The notes beneath the pieces are model-generated. The model was not told the origin of the DNA. It saw only the letters and a list, made by a program, of their open reading frames with translations, and searched no databases. A program made the position numbers and the translations under genes. A stretch of 64,000 bases of DNA from Vicinamibacterales bacterium (lineage in GTDB: Bacteria; Acidobacteriota; Vicinamibacteria; Vicinamibacterales; UBA8438), in contig OZ242279.1 of assembly GCA_965207265.1 (NCBI GenBank), forward strand, positions 4,049,691 to 4,113,690, given 5' to 3'. Shown piece after piece: positions 61,746-64,000 of the stretch (positions are counted from its first letter, which is position 1; the number at the start of each line of letters is the position of its first letter).

Positions 61746-64000
61746 CTACGGCGCCTCCGCGGCGAAGCCCTCGTAGACCTGCCGCGCCTCGTCGAACTGC
61801 GCGAAGACGTGCGCGCGCTCCCGGTCGGACCGCCAGCCGGGCCATTCCTCCGCCATCGCCCGCAGCCGGTCGATCCAGCGCATGCCGTACTCCGCCGACG
61901 CGGCGTCGCGGATCGGCTGCTCCCCGATCGTGATCCAGATCGGATTCGTGAACGCCTGCGCGTAGCGGACGTCGAGCGGCGCCCGCTCGCTCGGGTGACC
62001 CTCGGCGCGCAGGTGGCACCAGCCGCTGCGATCGATGTCCAGTTCGATTTCGAACGCCACACTCCGCCGGTCGCCGCTCAGGGGAATGTCGGCCCGTTCG
62101 TCTCCCCGGCAGACGACGAACACGCGCTCCAGCGGCGTGATCGATTCGACGCGGCCGGCCAGCGCGACGGCCCCGCCTCCGGCCGGGAGAGCGACCGTGT
62201 CCCCGGCCATGCGCCCGTTCGCGGTCAGCTCGACGAGGGGGCCCGACGAGACGAACGCCCGCCCCTCGCGGAGTCCCTCGAACCAGGCGTCCATGTCCAG
62301 CCCGCGGGCGCCGGTGTGCACGTAGGTGCGCACCGAGCCGACGATCTTGGACCGGTGCAGGTTGCTGATCGAGTCCTCGCCGCCGGTGGCGGTCACGCGC
62401 AGCCCGTTGTTCCAGGCGGCGTAGACCGGGAAGAAGCCGGCTCGCGCGGCGTCGGACCACTCGATGCCGTCGATCGTGCGGAGCGCCGCGTCCACCATGA
62501 AACCCTTGCCGCCGCCCAGGTTGCCGTTCAGAGGATCCGACTCGCCGCCGAAGGCGTGCACGTAGCCGACGGTGGCGCCCTGCGCCCGCGCCTTCCGGAA
62601 CATGTCGGTGTTGCTCGGATAGAGGCTCTCGATGGCGGTTCCCTCGTAGCCCATCGTGAAGGGGGAGATGAGGTGGTCGCGCATCCCGAACATGAAGACG
62701 TGGCCGTAGAACGGCGGCCGGTACTCCTGGCCGACCACGACCAGGTGCTCCGGCGTCGACGCCGGATGCGGGCCGCCGCCCGGCACGAAGAACTGGTGGT
62801 CGAGGATGCGGTTGTCCTTGTTGGCGACCTGCTCGTTGACCACGTCCTGGTCCTCGGCCGCGGACATCATGACGAGGTTCTCGAGCGTGTTGTGGAGGTT
62901 GCCGCCGTAGTTCATGTGCACGTGCGTCGAGCCGCTGAACCAGCCCTTGGCCGCCATGTCGGTCATGCGCCTCAGATCCACGGTCAGCTCGGCCACCTCG
63001 CCCGCGCCGACCTCGAGCGCGACCTCCTGCGGCCGGTACTCGAAGCCCTTGACGACGGTCAGGCCCGTCCGCCCGGCGGGCACCTCCACCGTGAACCGCC
63101 CCGTGTGGTGGAAGACGTGGTCGCCCTGCGCGCCGACGCGCGCGTAGGCGTCTGCGGGGGCGTAGAACTTACCGTCGGAGGCCGTCAGGTGGATGCGGGA
63201 GCCGGTCGGCGCGCCGGTCGCGGCGTCCCGGGTGGTGACCGACAGGACCCCCATCGGCCGCCTCCAGCGCCGGCGCTCGATCGTGACGGTGCGCAGGGCC
63301 CCGCCGTGCGTTTCCAGCAGCGCGAGCTGCGGCAACCCGCCCGCGTTGGTGATGAACGCGATCCACTCGTCGTCCGGCGACCACCGCGGGTGGAACGCGT
63401 CGTGCTGGAAGAAGGTGATCTTGTAGGGCTCGCCGCCGGCCGTCGGCTGCACGTAGAGGTTGTTGAACTGGTCGGCGGCGCCGCTCGTCGACGAGTAGAC
63501 GAAGCGCCGGCCGTCGCTCGCCACGTCGGGCCGCGTGCGGTAGAGCGTCTGCTCCCGGAGCACCGCGGTTGCGTCGTCGATGCCGCCGGCGCGCGCCGGC
63601 ACGCGCAGGACGTGCCCCGAACCCAGCGGGATGTTCCGGTTCGAGACCAGGAGCAGCTCGTTGCCGTCCGGCAGCCAGGCCGGCGTGATGTGCATGTCCC
63701 ACGGGCCGAAGTAGAGCCGGTTGCGGCCGAAGTCGTTGTCGCGGGTGACCGCGATCCCCTCCCCGGCCCACCGGCCCTCGGCGATCGGCCGGATGTACAC
63801 GTTGAAGTAGCCGCTCGGCGTCGTGGCCACGTAGGCGACGCGGGTCCCGTCGCGAGAGAAGACGGGGTCGGCGTAGATCTGGTCGTCGTCGGTCAGCGCA
63901 TGCGCCTCCCCGGTGGCCACGTCGAGGATCTCGAGCTGCACCGCCTCCCCGTCGTGGTCCGCCGTGTAGACGATCCAGCGCCCGTCCGGCGACCAGTCGG
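61746..64000 (-). CDS. TolB-like beta-propeller (PD40 repeats) fused to a CehA/McbA-type (PHP-like) metallohydrolase; the 5' end lies outside the window
   Basis: Repeated …SPDG…VY… blades, then …GSTHVHMNYGGN…HAFGGE…. The frame stays open to the window edge (…DWSPDGRWIVYTADHDGEAVQLEILD…). Confidence 0.75.
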   Translation of the reverse strand, partial: DWSPDGRWIVYTADHDGEAVQLEILDVATGEAHALTDDDQIYADPVFSRDGTRVAYVATTPSGYFNVYIRPIAEGRWAGEGIAVTRDNDFGRNRLYFGPWDMHITPAWLPDGNELLLVSNRNIPLGSGHVLRVPARAGGIDDATAVLREQTLYRTRPDVASDGRRFVYSSTSGAADQFNNLYVQPTAGGEPYKITFFQHDAFHPRWSPDDEWIAFITNAGGLPQLALLETHGGALRTVTIERRRWRRPMGVLSVTTRDAATGAPTGSRIHLTASDGKFYAPADAYARVGAQGDHVFHHTGRFTVEVPAGRTGLTVVKGFEYRPQEVALEVGAGEVAELTVDLRRMTDMAAKGWFSGSTHVHMNYGGNLHNTLENLVMMSAAEDQDVVNEQVANKDNRILDHQFFVPGGGPHPASTPEHLVVVGQEYRPPFYGHVFMFGMRDHLISPFTMGYEGTAIESLYPSNTDMFRKARAQGATVGYVHAFGGESDPLNGNLGGGKGFMVDAALRTIDGIEWSDAARAGFFPVYAAWNNGLRVTATGGEDSISNLHRSKIVGSVRTYVHTGARGLDMDAWFEGLREGRAFVSSGPLVELTANGRMAGDTVALPAGGGAVALAGRVESITPLERVFVVCRGDERADIPLSGDRRSVAFEIELDIDRSGWCHLRAEGHPSERAPLDVRYAQAFTNPIWITIGEQPIRDAASAEYGMRWIDRLRAMAEEWPGWRSDRERAHVFAQFDEARQVYEGFAAEAP

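Overview
High-GC bacterial chromosome segment; the lineage cannot be assigned from this window alone. No rRNA, tRNA or CRISPR array was seen by eye. Positions 1-47,000 are ordinary core genome, mostly on the minus strand. They hold the conserved rimP-nusA-infB-DUF503-rbfA-nrnA-truB-rpsO-pnp block and asnS. They also hold a sugar kinase/nucleotidyltransferase pair, CYTH, a MidA-like methyltransferase, an HtrA protease and an M24 peptidase. Further core genes are nadK, tlyA, a polyprenyl synthase, xseAB, ymdB-like, rpoZ, gatCA, acnA, pepF, acs, a GNAT and glcB. Many of these genes are translationally coupled through ATGA/GTGA/TGATG overlaps. The high GC content produces many long spurious alternate-frame ORFs, and several listed ORFs are real genes fused to out-of-frame upstream read-through; starts were re-derived for those. 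Two stretches are accessory and heavily decayed. (i) 40.7-41.8 kb carries an SMC/ABC-like ATPase that has lost its middle and a roughly 50-codon Cas3-like helicase N-terminal relic. (ii) 47.0-61.7 kb is a mosaic of gene fragments and mobile-element pieces, detailed in the features and findings. The best candidate for an interesting system is an apparently intact, translationally coupled pair at 49,456-51,080. It consists of a short HipA-type core kinase and a HipS-like/HIRAN fusion protein. The pair sits in a 4.1-kb block bracketed by ~51-nt direct repeats, and a third, KAP-like gene downstream has been destroyed. As far as I recall, this gene organisation has been catalogued bioinformatically but not characterised experimentally. 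The second notable signal is a modular, CTAG-bracketed hairpin repeat family that occupies intergenic spacers and overlaps TAG stop codons.
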